DNA of 64,000 nucleotides, taken from contig JAFZRR010000062.1 in the NCBI GenBank assembly GCA_017619815.1, positions 18,963-82,962 on the forward strand, read 5' to 3'. Every line of letters begins with the position of its first letter. Within the stretch, counting starts at the first letter, position 1. Origin of the DNA: Bacilli bacterium. GTDB taxonomy: Bacteria; Bacillota_I; Bacilli_A; RFN20; CAG-826. The translations under genes and the position numbers were made by a program. A model generated the notes under the pieces. The model was not told where the DNA came from, did not search any database, and was given only the letters and a program-made list of their open reading frames with translations. This document shows positions 8,457 through 17,997 of this stretch, in pieces.

Positions 8457-9537
8457 AATATTCAACATAGCAAAAGACCGACTAATAATGCTGGCAACAG
8501 CAGTATTGTTCAATGTATCTCTCGCAGCAGTCGTCTGCGGGACTTTTGCTTGGTATTCGTACGCGACGCGCACAGGATTGGAAAAAGCATATCATGGAAC
8601 CACCGTTGGTGACATGGGATCATTACAAGCCGGTTTGGTTAGTGAGATTCAATTAGAAGACTATCTTGAATATGATTTAGCTGAAGATGACAGAACACTT
8701 GCCGACGAAGGTAAATACATTTACTGGTGTCAAGAAAATATTGCTGCAAGAACAATTAATTATGTTTTAGATAGCAATGGATATGCTACAACTGAAATGT
8801 ATCCAGTTACTTCCAGCGCTTTTGATTGGAGTGTGGAGAATCCAGAGTCTTTTTCACTATATTCAACACCTACTTATCTAAAAAATTATGATAAAAACGA
8901 TCTAGACTTTTTAGCTAATCCAAGAGACTACTCAGTCATGGATTTTGTTTTTAGATTTGAAGATATTGATAACATTGGCGAATATTTACCTGGTTATAAT
9001 GTTTTTCTTTCTGGCTGCAAAGTCGAAACTTCAAATGAAGAACACGAGATTTATAAATCAGTTCGCATTTTTTACAACAACGGATACGAAGGTGGCATAA
9101 TAAACCCAACAGCGACAGAAAATGGTTTTGATGTTGTTGGTGGTGTTCTCGATTTGAATGCCGATAACTTTTATGATTATGATGAAGAAACTTTCTTTGA
9201 AACAATATATGGTGAAGTCGAAAGTTTTGAATACAATTCAGAAGCAACAGAAAATGATGGAACACTTCCTTGGTATGAAACCGATACATTTATTTCCAAC
9301 CATAAAAAAGGTGTCTTTGCCCTTAATGACGAAACATTTGTTCCTAAAACCGTAAATTATATCGAAGGTGGTAGATTCACTTCCAAAGCGAAACGTATCA
9401 CCTATACAGATGAAACATACCATAATCTTGGCCGTTTTAAGATGTATTTATATTTTGAGGGTTGGGATACACATGTTGTTAATGAAGAGCAAGGATTTGG
9501 TTATAACCTTGATTTAGCATTCGCAGTGCAAATGTAA
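8440..9537 (+). CDS. secreted protein with a SipW-cognate-type signal peptide
   Basis: The start is GTG, with GGAG 10 nt upstream. The N-terminus 'MRTNRKIF...LMLATAVLFNVSLAAVVCGTFAWYSYA' carries the shared motif. Confidence 0.6.
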   Translation: MRTNRKIFNIAKDRLIMLATAVLFNVSLAAVVCGTFAWYSYATRTGLEKAYHGTTVGDMGSLQAGLVSEIQLEDYLEYDLAEDDRTLADEGKYIYWCQENIAARTINYVLDSNGYATTEMYPVTSSAFDWSVENPESFSLYSTPTYLKNYDKNDLDFLANPRDYSVMDFVFRFEDIDNIGEYLPGYNVFLSGCKVETSNEEHEIYKSVRIFYNNGYEGGIINPTATENGFDVVGGVLDLNADNFYDYDEETFFETIYGEVESFEYNSEATENDGTLPWYETDTFISNHKKGVFALNDETFVPKTVNYIEGGRFTSKAKRITYTDETYHNLGRFKMYLYFEGWDTHVVNEEQGFGYNLDLAFAVQM

Positions 9538-10625
9538 TGTACTATATGGACAAGAAAAAAGTAGCATTATTTGGAATAGCTGGATTGTCGCTTGTATTAG
9601 CGGCATCTATTTCTATGACTATCGCTTGGTATAACGGTAGTTCGTATTTAGCTATTAATCAGATTAACGTTGGCTTACATGATAAGAAATTATCTATTTC
9701 CACAGATAATGAAACTTTTAGAGATTTCATTCCTAACGATGAACTGAATAAGGTTGGTAAATTCAGGGCCGTTAGTACGATGTTCTGCGAGGACTGGATT
9801 GAAAGAAAAGAAGCAAAACCTGTATTTAAAGGTAGTTTTGGTACATCATCCAAAGATGTTGTTAATAGTGTGGATGATGCCAACAATACCTCAGGCGGGT
9901 ACTTCTCACAAGAAATCTTCATCAAGTGTGATTCCTCTGTTTATTTAACGTTAGATCCAGAACTAACCACATTTAATTCCGATGAAGAAGAAAACTTAAG
10001 TATGATTCAGGATTTACGTGAAAAATTCCCTGGTTTAACTGACGAGGAAATCTTATTCAACCTCAACAACGTTGTTAAATCATTGCGTATTTCGCTTCTC
10101 GTCTTAAATGATACAGGGGATGAAAGTGAAGAATTTCCTGATTATGCCTACTATATTATTGACCCATTTAAGGATAAAATAACTTTAATGGGTGGTATCC
10201 TAGATACCGATAAAGATGGTTTCTACGACTATTCTTTAGATAAAAATGAAGTCCTATACGGTCAGTCAATCTCGACTGACGAGGAAAAGTCAGTGGAAGA
10301 ATGTATCGTTTATAAAGATCCTACTGAAGCTGATGAAGAAGTAAGCACAAAAGAACTCACATGCTTTACTTCCGGCAACAAAGCAAATGTTAGAAAAATT
10401 GATTTCGATGCTTCGTTTGCCAACGGCCTGGCTATTAAAGAGGAACGTTCAACCGCTCTCGAAGATGTGGAAGAACAAGTTTTAATTCCACTTGAAGCCG
10501 ATGTCTCGAAGAGAATTATCTTATCTTTCTACCAAGAAGGATGGGACATCGAAAATACGGACTTCGTTAGATATTCTCATTTCTATGTGAATGTCATGTT
10601 TAAAATTGCCAGGGCTAGATTTTAG
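9537..10625 (+). CDS. secreted protein with a SipW-cognate-type signal peptide
   Basis: The N-terminus is 'MDKKKVALFGIAGLSLVLAASISMTIAWYNGSS'. The start overlaps the upstream stop as TAATG. Confidence 0.6.
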   Translation: MYYMDKKKVALFGIAGLSLVLAASISMTIAWYNGSSYLAINQINVGLHDKKLSISTDNETFRDFIPNDELNKVGKFRAVSTMFCEDWIERKEAKPVFKGSFGTSSKDVVNSVDDANNTSGGYFSQEIFIKCDSSVYLTLDPELTTFNSDEEENLSMIQDLREKFPGLTDEEILFNLNNVVKSLRISLLVLNDTGDESEEFPDYAYYIIDPFKDKITLMGGILDTDKDGFYDYSLDKNEVLYGQSISTDEEKSVEECIVYKDPTEADEEVSTKELTCFTSGNKANVRKIDFDASFANGLAIKEERSTALEDVEEQVLIPLEADVSKRIILSFYQEGWDIENTDFVRYSHFYVNVMFKIARARF

Positions 10626-10636
10626 GAGGTGGACTT

Positions 10637-12187
10637 ATGTCTGCATATTTTAATTATTTAGGGAAGTTGCTTGCTCAATTCTTTAGAGATTTAGCAGCGT
10701 TTTTCTATCATTTGATAGTGTGTCCATGGGGTGGCCACAGTAAAGGTTGGCCAAACATTGGATATAATTTCAAACTTTATAACGATTATTTGAAGGCATA
10801 TTCGCCAGAATTTGGTCCTCTAGGCTGGATTATGTGGGTGTTATTCTTATTACTCGCTATCGGCATGATCGGTGGTGCGTGTTATGGATTATTCCTACTT
10901 ATCCGTAAGTATGTTAAGTTCGCTAAGACTGAACTTGATAAAGATGCTTTAAAACGTCAAGTCGAAAGACTCAATTACGAGTTATATGACATGATGAAAG
11001 AAAGAGATAAGATTCTTGAATTAAAGATGAAATCTTTAGGTATTGACGGAAAACGTCCACCTGAAGAAGGTATGTCTGAAGAAGAACAAACTATCGATGA
11101 GATTCAATCTCGTTTCCCAAAATTATCACACGTTGATAATGAATATAACGGAAAAGATATGTCTATTCCTGAAGTCCCAGATCTTACTCTTGCACAAGTT
11201 TGCGAAAACTTCAGAAACTTCGCAGCAAGCCAAATGGGCTTGTATTACACAATCGACACCATCCGTCATGTTATTGCCGGTATCGGTGCGGGTAAAATTG
11301 TCATCCTTGAAGGTATTTCCGGTACAGGTAAAACCTCCATGCCTTATGCCTTAGGAAAATTCCTCAAGAACGATGCCAATATTTGTTCTGTCCAACCTAA
11401 CTGGAAGGATAGAAGTGAACTCTTAGGTTACTACAATGAATTCACAAAGAAATTCAATGAATCAGAATTCTTAAGAGCCTTATATACTTCTATTTATAGA
11501 AGAGATGTTAACATTATCGTCCTCGACGAAATGAACTTAGCTCGTGTCGAATACTACTTCGCCGAGTTCTTATCCATTCTTGAAATGCCTAATCCAAATG
11601 AATGGAATATTGAAATGATTGGTTCTCGTGACCCTCACGATCCAAAACTATTTAAAAATGGCAAAATTAAAGTCCCACAAAATGTGTTCTTCTTTGGAAC
11701 AGCGAACAACGACGATAGTACATTCACAATTTCCGATAAGGTCTATGACCGTGCTATCTGTTTATTCTTTGACAATAAAGGTATTGCCTTTGATGCTCCA
11801 TTCCAAGGACCAATGGATATTCCTTATGAACAACTTCAACACTTATATGATGAAGCTCTTGAGAAATTCCCAGTGAGTGAGAAGACACTTGAAAACTTCG
11901 CTTTATTAGATGACTTCGTTATTAAAAAGTTCAGATTGGCGTTTGGTAACCGTATTTTGAAACAACTCAAACAATTCGTTCCATGCTTCGTTGCCTGTGG
12001 TGGCACTGAACTCGATGGTATCGACTTCATCTTTACTAATAAAATTCTTAAGAAGTTCGAATCCTTAAACATCGGCTTCTTAAAACAAGAACTTAAAGAA
12101 CTTAATCAAATGCTCGATAAATTGTTCGGCACAAACACATTCCCAATGGCCCGTAACTTTATCGATCGTATGATTAGAATGAACTAA
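10637..12187 (+). CDS. membrane-anchored AAA+ ATPase of the AAA_5 / McrB-like family
   Basis: RBS GGAGGTGG precedes the start. There is an N-terminal TM ('WIMWVLFLLLAIGMIGGACYGLFLLI') and a coiled coil. Walker A is 'ILEGISGTGKTSMPYALGKF' and Walker B is 'IIVLDEMNLARVEYYFAEFLSILE'. The sensor region 'FFFGTANNDDSTFTISDKVYDRA' follows the McrB/MoxR-dynein pattern. Confidence 0.7.
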   Translation: MSAYFNYLGKLLAQFFRDLAAFFYHLIVCPWGGHSKGWPNIGYNFKLYNDYLKAYSPEFGPLGWIMWVLFLLLAIGMIGGACYGLFLLIRKYVKFAKTELDKDALKRQVERLNYELYDMMKERDKILELKMKSLGIDGKRPPEEGMSEEEQTIDEIQSRFPKLSHVDNEYNGKDMSIPEVPDLTLAQVCENFRNFAASQMGLYYTIDTIRHVIAGIGAGKIVILEGISGTGKTSMPYALGKFLKNDANICSVQPNWKDRSELLGYYNEFTKKFNESEFLRALYTSIYRRDVNIIVLDEMNLARVEYYFAEFLSILEMPNPNEWNIEMIGSRDPHDPKLFKNGKIKVPQNVFFFGTANNDDSTFTISDKVYDRAICLFFDNKGIAFDAPFQGPMDIPYEQLQHLYDEALEKFPVSEKTLENFALLDDFVIKKFRLAFGNRILKQLKQFVPCFVACGGTELDGIDFIFTNKILKKFESLNIGFLKQELKELNQMLDKLFGTNTFPMARNFIDRMIRMN

Positions 12188-12239
12188 TTTTAATAAGCAA
12201 AAATTTGCTTATTATTTCCCCTTATATTAAACTATTACT

Positions 12240-14903
12240 ATGGCAAAATTATCAAAATATCAAACTCTCCAGAAGAAATTAATGGCTCAGACAACTAAGT
12301 TGTTTGATCTTAGTGATGCCAAAGAGCTTTATACTGCACTTTCTAATGGTCAAAATTCTTATTTAAGATTTGATAGATTTGAAAGTACCGCCATGGATAT
12401 GACATGGATTAAACAAATTGAAGACTGTATCCCAGACCTCAATGAAATCGTTTCTAATCCAAAAAGAACTATTCAAACTCTCGCTGAAGTCGTGGAAGTG
12501 GAAAAAGTTAAAAGAACTACCCACGAATCTGTTCAGCATTTAGCGAGCCATTCTCAATTCGTTAAAACCATTGATGAAGATGGAAATGTTACTCCATCTA
12601 AGATTTTGAATGTTTACAACGATGACTTCTTTGCAATTTACGAAAATAAATTCGTTGCTACATTATTAAGAAGATTATTCTTATTCGTGGAAAAGAGATA
12701 TGACTACATCATCCATCAAGCGACATTAAAAGATGTTGAGTTGTTATATTTCAAAAACAAAACCGAAATCAATGGTAGTGAAATTGAGATTGAAACAAAA
12801 ATCAGATATTCAAAACCAGCTTTGGATGAAGCAGATGAAAAATTAAAAGAAATGCTTCGCAGAATTAATGATATTAGAAGATATCTTAGATTCTTTGGTG
12901 GTTCTGAATTTATGAGAATCTTACATCGTGAAAGAGATGTTAGAAACCCAATTCTTCAAACAAACATTATTCGTAAGAACCCAAAATACAGACACTGCTA
13001 CCATTTGTGGCAATTTATCAATTCATATAATGAATCTGGTGTCGAAATTAAAGTTGAAGAAAACTTTGCTAAATTAACCGAAGAAGACTTAAAAGAAATT
13101 AATAAGGTTTTAACTATTAACTTCTTAGCCTTGAAAGGTAGAGATGCACCAGTTCAAGAAGCTAAACCAAAGATTTACCGTCCTCGTATTTTAAGAACGT
13201 ATGACGATGAAATGTACAATCCAGGTGCATCTTTTGACTCACCTGTGGAATTCGTTCGTGTTGATGAGAAATATCGTCAATATAAGGAAACTTTGAAAGA
13301 TCTCAATCCTCATCCTACTAAGGCGTACGCGGAATATATGAAAAATGAGTACGCGGATAATAAATTAAGAAGAGAAGAAACCGCTCAAAAGGATTCTTTA
13401 ATTAAGCGTAAAGAAAACGAATACAAGAAATACGAAAAGACCCAAGAAGAACTTCTCATCAAAGAACAAGAAGATTGGGAAATGATTGGTGATCTTGCTG
13501 AACAACAAATTCAGGAAGAACAAGAAGAAAGACTTAGACCACTTCGTGAAAAACTCGGTATCCAAGGTGATGAAGATGAAACAAGAATTAACGATGCCAT
13601 CTCCACTGAAGGACGTATGCAAGAAATCATCGAAGATGCTCCTATTAGAAAACCTTCTCAACCAGTCGAAGAAGAACCAGAAGAACTCGACTCCATGCCA
13701 ATTGAAGTGGCGGAAGAAGTCGTTAGTAAAAAAGAGCCTCAAAAAGAAGAATCACAACAACCAGCCGAACAACCTAAAGAAGAAAAAGTTAAGGGCAGTT
13801 GGGGTGGTGCTCGTGCAGGTGCTGGTCGTAAACCAAAACCACGTCCTGAACCTGTAGAGGAAGTTCAAGAAGAACAACCACAACCTGAACCAGAACCAGT
13901 CGTGGAAGAAAAGACTGAAGAACCTGTTAAAGTTAAGGGTTCATGGGGCGGAGCACGTCCAGGCGCAGGTAGAAAACGTAAGGTTGTTGAACCAGTAGAA
14001 GAAGCTCCTGTTGAGGAAGAACCTGTGGTTGAAACTCAACCAGAACCTGTCCAAGAACAAGAACCAGTCAAGGTCAAAGGATCTTGGGGTGGTGCAAGAC
14101 CTGGCGCAGGCCGCAAACGCAAAGTGGTTGAAGAACAACCTCAAGAAACTCAACCAGAGCCGCAGCCAGAACCAGTTATAGAAGAACCTCAACCAGTTGC
14201 TGAACAACGTGTCAAAGGTAGTTGGGGCGGAGCTAGACCAGGCGCAGGAAGAAAACGCAAAATCGTTGCAGAACCTGAAGAAGTTAAGGGAGAAACTCCT
14301 ACAGAACCAGAGCCAATTAATGAATCAGAACCAGTAAAAGTGAAAGGCTCATGGGGAGGTGCACGTCCAGGTGCTGGTCGTAAACGTAAAGTGGTGGAAG
14401 AACAACCACAAGAAGCTGCTCCAATTGAAGAAAAACCAGTTGAACAACCACAACCTATAGAAGAAAAAGTTAAAGGATCTTGGGGTGGTGCAAGACCTGG
14501 AGCTGGTAGAAAACGTAAGGTTGTTGAACCTGAACCAGTCGTTGAAGAAACACCAGTTCAAGAAACTCCTATAACAGAAGAACAACCAGTTAAAAAACAA
14601 CGTGGTGGTTATCGCCCAGGTGCAGGTAGGAAACCGAAGAAACCAGTGGTTCATATGGAAGCAGTGGAAAACACACCTGCTGAAGTTGTTATTAAAAAGC
14701 AAAGAGGTGGCGCACGTCCTGGTGCAGGTCGTAAACCAAAACCAAAGACCGAGCAACCTATTAAAGGCAAATGGGGAGGCGCAAGACCAGGAGCTGGCCG
14801 TAAGCCAAAACCAAAATCTGATGTGCCAGTCGTAAAGAAACAACGTGGTGGAGCACGTCCTGGTGCAGGAAGAAAACCAAAACCACGTCCAGAAAACGAA
14901 TAA
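12240..14903 (+). CDS. cytoplasmic repeat protein: about 330-aa N-terminal domain, an E/K/Q/P-rich linker, then about ten 'GGARPGAGRK(R/P)K' basic repeats
   Basis: There is no signal peptide. The units 'VKGSWGGARPGAGRKRKVVE' recur every 42-48 aa from about aa 517, and the final four are 'KKQRGGARPGAGRKPKP'. It is tightly linked within the operon. Confidence 0.6.
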   Translation: MAKLSKYQTLQKKLMAQTTKLFDLSDAKELYTALSNGQNSYLRFDRFESTAMDMTWIKQIEDCIPDLNEIVSNPKRTIQTLAEVVEVEKVKRTTHESVQHLASHSQFVKTIDEDGNVTPSKILNVYNDDFFAIYENKFVATLLRRLFLFVEKRYDYIIHQATLKDVELLYFKNKTEINGSEIEIETKIRYSKPALDEADEKLKEMLRRINDIRRYLRFFGGSEFMRILHRERDVRNPILQTNIIRKNPKYRHCYHLWQFINSYNESGVEIKVEENFAKLTEEDLKEINKVLTINFLALKGRDAPVQEAKPKIYRPRILRTYDDEMYNPGASFDSPVEFVRVDEKYRQYKETLKDLNPHPTKAYAEYMKNEYADNKLRREETAQKDSLIKRKENEYKKYEKTQEELLIKEQEDWEMIGDLAEQQIQEEQEERLRPLREKLGIQGDEDETRINDAISTEGRMQEIIEDAPIRKPSQPVEEEPEELDSMPIEVAEEVVSKKEPQKEESQQPAEQPKEEKVKGSWGGARAGAGRKPKPRPEPVEEVQEEQPQPEPEPVVEEKTEEPVKVKGSWGGARPGAGRKRKVVEPVEEAPVEEEPVVETQPEPVQEQEPVKVKGSWGGARPGAGRKRKVVEEQPQETQPEPQPEPVIEEPQPVAEQRVKGSWGGARPGAGRKRKIVAEPEEVKGETPTEPEPINESEPVKVKGSWGGARPGAGRKRKVVEEQPQEAAPIEEKPVEQPQPIEEKVKGSWGGARPGAGRKRKVVEPEPVVEETPVQETPITEEQPVKKQRGGYRPGAGRKPKKPVVHMEAVENTPAEVVIKKQRGGARPGAGRKPKPKTEQPIKGKWGGARPGAGRKPKPKSDVPVVKKQRGGARPGAGRKPKPRPENE
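13786..14900 (+). repeat. in-frame coding tandem repeats (about 126-144 bp units, degenerate) encoding the GGARPGAGRK motifs
   Basis: AAGGG(T/A)TC(A/T)TGGGG(T/C)GG(T/A)GC(A/T)(C/A)G(T/A)CC(A/T)GG(T/C)GC(A/T)GG(T/C)(C/A)G(T/A)AAAC(G/C)(T/A)AA recurs at 13792, 13933, 14071, 14215, 14341, 14467, 14590, 14695, 14764 and 14839. Confidence 0.8.
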
Positions 14904-14916
14904 AAAGAATTAATTT

Positions 14917-15696
14917 ATGTTTGGAAAAGACAAAAAAGAGAAAAAACCTAAAAGTAAAGCCAGGAAGATAATCGATTGGGTTGTCACTGGTGTCTTTGTG
15001 GCATTAATTACTGGAGTAGTCGTTGTCCAAATTATAAATAAAACAAGTAAGAACCAATTCGTCCTCGGACCTCAATATCAAAAGGTTCTTACAGACTCAA
15101 TGTCCCCTGTCTATAAAGTTAACGATATTATTGTCGTTGAAAAGACAAGTGCAGCAGATTTGTATAAAAGGGTGAATGAGAAACACCAAGATGTTGATCT
15201 TTCATTTAAATGGGATATTGATGGCCAAGAAGTTTCTATGACGCATAGACTTCAAACAGTGACGTATTCCGAGGAAGTCCAATTTGATCCAATCTCTGGC
15301 GTTGGATACCATTACACATTTGTCGCACATGGTATCAATAAAACCAGTGAATGGTGTAAAGGCACTGGTGGCTACTATGATTGTACAAATCAAACTCAAA
15401 CGTTCCATGAGGATGCAATCATAGGAAGAGTAACTAGAAAGAGTTACTTGATGACCTTTGCGACATCTATATGGGGATTACTAATATTATTATTAGTGCC
15501 TTGTATGTATCTCATCATTGCGAGTGTGCTTGATATATTCAAAGCGGTGAAAGATGATGATGAAGTTCCTGCAAATGGTGAAGTAGTGGGTGAAGCCAGT
15601 GATAAACCAAAAGATCCACTTGCTGGATTAAGTGAAAAAGAAAAAGAAAAACTCAAGAAGCAAATGCTTGATGAAATGTTAGGAAAGAAAAAATAG
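14917..15696 (+). CDS. sipW: SipW-type (S26B, archaeal/ER-type) signal peptidase I
   Basis: The N-terminal TM is followed by 'VLTDSMSPVYKVNDIIVVEK' (B. subtilis SipW has 'VLSGSMEPTFKTGSLIAVKK', catalytic Ser). The catalytic His context 'SMTHRLQTV' parallels SipW 'AVTHRIVDI'. There is a C-terminal TM anchor and a KE-rich tail. Confidence 0.75.
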   Translation: MFGKDKKEKKPKSKARKIIDWVVTGVFVALITGVVVVQIINKTSKNQFVLGPQYQKVLTDSMSPVYKVNDIIVVEKTSAADLYKRVNEKHQDVDLSFKWDIDGQEVSMTHRLQTVTYSEEVQFDPISGVGYHYTFVAHGINKTSEWCKGTGGYYDCTNQTQTFHEDAIIGRVTRKSYLMTFATSIWGLLILLLVPCMYLIIASVLDIFKAVKDDDEVPANGEVVGEASDKPKDPLAGLSEKEKEKLKKQMLDEMLGKKK

Positions 15697-15717
15697 TTAG
15701 AAAGGAGAAGCGAAAGT

Positions 15718-17253
15718 ATGTACAAACAAAAAAGAACTGCTCGTGCGTTATTTATTGTCTTTCTTGTTTTTACAGTTGTTGGATTGATTAGCATTGTTGC
15801 TTATCAATTTGTGCCACAGTTAAAGGACTATCACTTTATTACTTTAGGTGCTGCTTTAATCACATGTGGTTATGCTGCGGTTGCTTTTGCTAACCTTTAT
15901 AAATTAATTTCCTACAATGAACAAATCCGTTCTCTTTATGTGGAAAATAGATACAACCTTTCTCGTGAAAGCTTGTTCTATAACTACACAATGTTTGAAA
16001 AGAGAATTAATAAATTAACCAAATTACATAAGAAATCGGGTTCTTATATCATTGCATTCACTGCATCAAAGAGAACCGTCATGAGAAACTTATATAGAAA
16101 CGGAACTGTTACTCAATTAAATGGTTTCATTTCTGACTCATTAAACGAAATCTTGAGTCATAACAAACAATATGAACAAGATGATTTTGCATATTGTTAT
16201 TACCATGGCCAATTTGTCATCTATACATACTTACCACTTAACAAAGTGCAAGATATCATTTTGAACATTCAAAAAGAAATCTACGCAATTGTGGCAAGAA
16301 ATGACTTAAAGGTTTATACAATACCATATTTCGGTGTTGCGGATGTGAGACCAGAATTATCTTTATTTGAATGTTTAGATAACGCATTAACTGCAAGAGA
16401 TTATTCTGAAAAGCACTTTGAAGCGGAAACATTCTATTCTGATGATTTAAGAAAAGATGCTTCTTTAAGTGAAGTTGAAGAATTAAGAGAAGCTATCAAG
16501 AACAATGAAATGGAAGTTTATTATCAACCAAAATTCCATTTAGCCACGAAGAGGTTTGTGGGCTGTGAAGCTTTGGTGAGATGGAATTCTCCAAGATATG
16601 GTTTATTAGCACCAGGCAGATTCTTAGATAAAGCAGAAATCTCTGGTTTAATTCATGAAATTGATATGTTTGTCTTTAAACGTGTCTGTGAAGACTTAGC
16701 GTCCATTCGTAGAAAAGGTGACAGAATGCTTCCTGTCTCTGTCAATTTCTCTATGTATGAATTCTATTCACAAGACTTCTTTGACAACATCTCAAAGATT
16801 ATTAATAAAACCGGTGTTTCTACTTCTTTGATCCAAATTGAAGTTACTGAAACAACCGCACAAGCAAATCCATTTATGACCACATCTATTCTTAAGAAAC
16901 TAAAAGAAAATGGTTTCCGTATTTTAATGGATGACTTTGGTTTAGGTTTTTCTAACCTAGGTAATTTAAACAGAATGGAATTTGATACAGTTAAGATTGA
17001 TAAGACATTTATCGATGGTTTAATTACCGACGCAAAGAGTAGAGAAATCGTTAAATTCTTAATTGCTTTATGTAAAACAAACAATATGGAAGTTATCGCT
17101 GAAGGTGTTGATAAGGTGGAACAAGTGGAAATCTTAAGAAAAGCCAAATGTGATGTTATTCAAGGTTTCTATTATTCCAAACCATTACCAATCAGAGATT
17201 ATCAAGACTTCCTAAAGAATAACCCATTTGAAAAGAAAGAGGAGGCTGAATAG
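15718..17253 (+). CDS. membrane-anchored c-di-GMP phosphodiesterase (EAL domain)
   Basis: RBS AAAGGAGAAG precedes the start and there are 2 N-terminal TM helices. The EAL motifs are intact: 'GCEALVRWNSP', 'LMDDFGLGFSNL', 'IAEGVDKVEQ' and 'QGFYYSKP'. Confidence 0.8.
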   Translation: MYKQKRTARALFIVFLVFTVVGLISIVAYQFVPQLKDYHFITLGAALITCGYAAVAFANLYKLISYNEQIRSLYVENRYNLSRESLFYNYTMFEKRINKLTKLHKKSGSYIIAFTASKRTVMRNLYRNGTVTQLNGFISDSLNEILSHNKQYEQDDFAYCYYHGQFVIYTYLPLNKVQDIILNIQKEIYAIVARNDLKVYTIPYFGVADVRPELSLFECLDNALTARDYSEKHFEAETFYSDDLRKDASLSEVEELREAIKNNEMEVYYQPKFHLATKRFVGCEALVRWNSPRYGLLAPGRFLDKAEISGLIHEIDMFVFKRVCEDLASIRRKGDRMLPVSVNFSMYEFYSQDFFDNISKIINKTGVSTSLIQIEVTETTAQANPFMTTSILKKLKENGFRILMDDFGLGFSNLGNLNRMEFDTVKIDKTFIDGLITDAKSREIVKFLIALCKTNNMEVIAEGVDKVEQVEILRKAKCDVIQGFYYSKPLPIRDYQDFLKNNPFEKKEEAE

Positions 17254-17254
17254 T

Positions 17255-17992
17255 ATGATTTTGATCGTTGGCAGTAATCATGATGATGTCATCTATTTTC
17301 AAAGTGCATTAAAAGACGCTAAAGAAGAAATTATTCTTAACAAGTATCGTGCATCTATCGGCACCATCCTCAATCAAAACGTGATGGTTCTTCAAGATGT
17401 CTATACATCCTATGTTAGCAGTGCATTATTAACTCATATCATTGAGAAATACTTCGTTCTCATGGTATTTGTCGTCGGCACATGTTTTGCGCAAAATAAA
17501 GCCTTAAAAGTGGGAGATATCGCTATCAGCGAAATGGCGACATTTGGTGATGTTGATCAAATCAAAATGCTCAAAGGTACAAATCTTGGTCAAATCCCAG
17601 GATACCCACAACTCTTCTATTCCCATAAAGAATTAATTAGAAATATGGAAGAAGCTCTCAACAGTGTTGGAGCGAATAACTATATGCGCTGCACATTTAT
17701 GAATTCTTCCTACTATAGAAGAGATGAACAATTAATCGAAGAATTATCAATGGAAGATAATATCGCAAATAGAAATAAGAACACTGTCCTTGATGGTGTG
17801 ACAACTGGTGTTGCTTTAGCGGCACATCTATTTGATATTCCATTTATTTCCGTCAAAGTCATTGAAGGACAAGCTGGACAAAGAACATCCATTGATTCAT
17901 ATATGACAATTCTTGAAGAATATAGTGTTGTCGGAAAAGCCGTTACTGTCTGTATTGGTGAAATCAGCCGTAACGATGTTTTGAGAGGATAA
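17255..17992 (+). CDS. MTA/SAH-nucleosidase (Pfs/PNP_UDP_1) family protein, divergent at catalytic positions
   Basis: The start was moved to ATG 17255, which has RBS AGAGGAGG. 'KVGDIAISEMATFGDVDQ' matches Pfs 'KVGDIVVSDEARYHDADV', 'IPGYP' matches 'LPGCP', and 'VTTGVALAAHLFDIPFISVKVIEG' matches '[25 protein letters not shown]'. The Pfs catalytic Asp197 and Glu174 equivalents appear to be replaced by G and D. Confidence 0.55.
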   Translation: MILIVGSNHDDVIYFQSALKDAKEEIILNKYRASIGTILNQNVMVLQDVYTSYVSSALLTHIIEKYFVLMVFVVGTCFAQNKALKVGDIAISEMATFGDVDQIKMLKGTNLGQIPGYPQLFYSHKELIRNMEEALNSVGANNYMRCTFMNSSYYRRDEQLIEELSMEDNIANRNKNTVLDGVTTGVALAAHLFDIPFISVKVIEGQAGQRTSIDSYMTILEEYSVVGKAVTVCIGEISRNDVLRG

Positions 17993-17997
17993 TAATT

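Noticed and set aside
13398-14843. Antisense and alternative-frame ORFs (13398..13742 -, 13486..13857 +, 13941..14207 -, 14349..14843 -, 14602..14835 +) inside the 12240..14903 gene
   Set aside because: They are generated by the in-frame tandem repeats. Their translations are low-complexity F/W/L-rich strings with no starts or RBS.
13786-14900. A possible CRISPR array, because of regularly spaced repeats
   Set aside because: The repeats are degenerate, sit in-frame inside a long ORF and have no spacer/repeat alternation. No cas genes are nearby. This is a coding tandem repeat.
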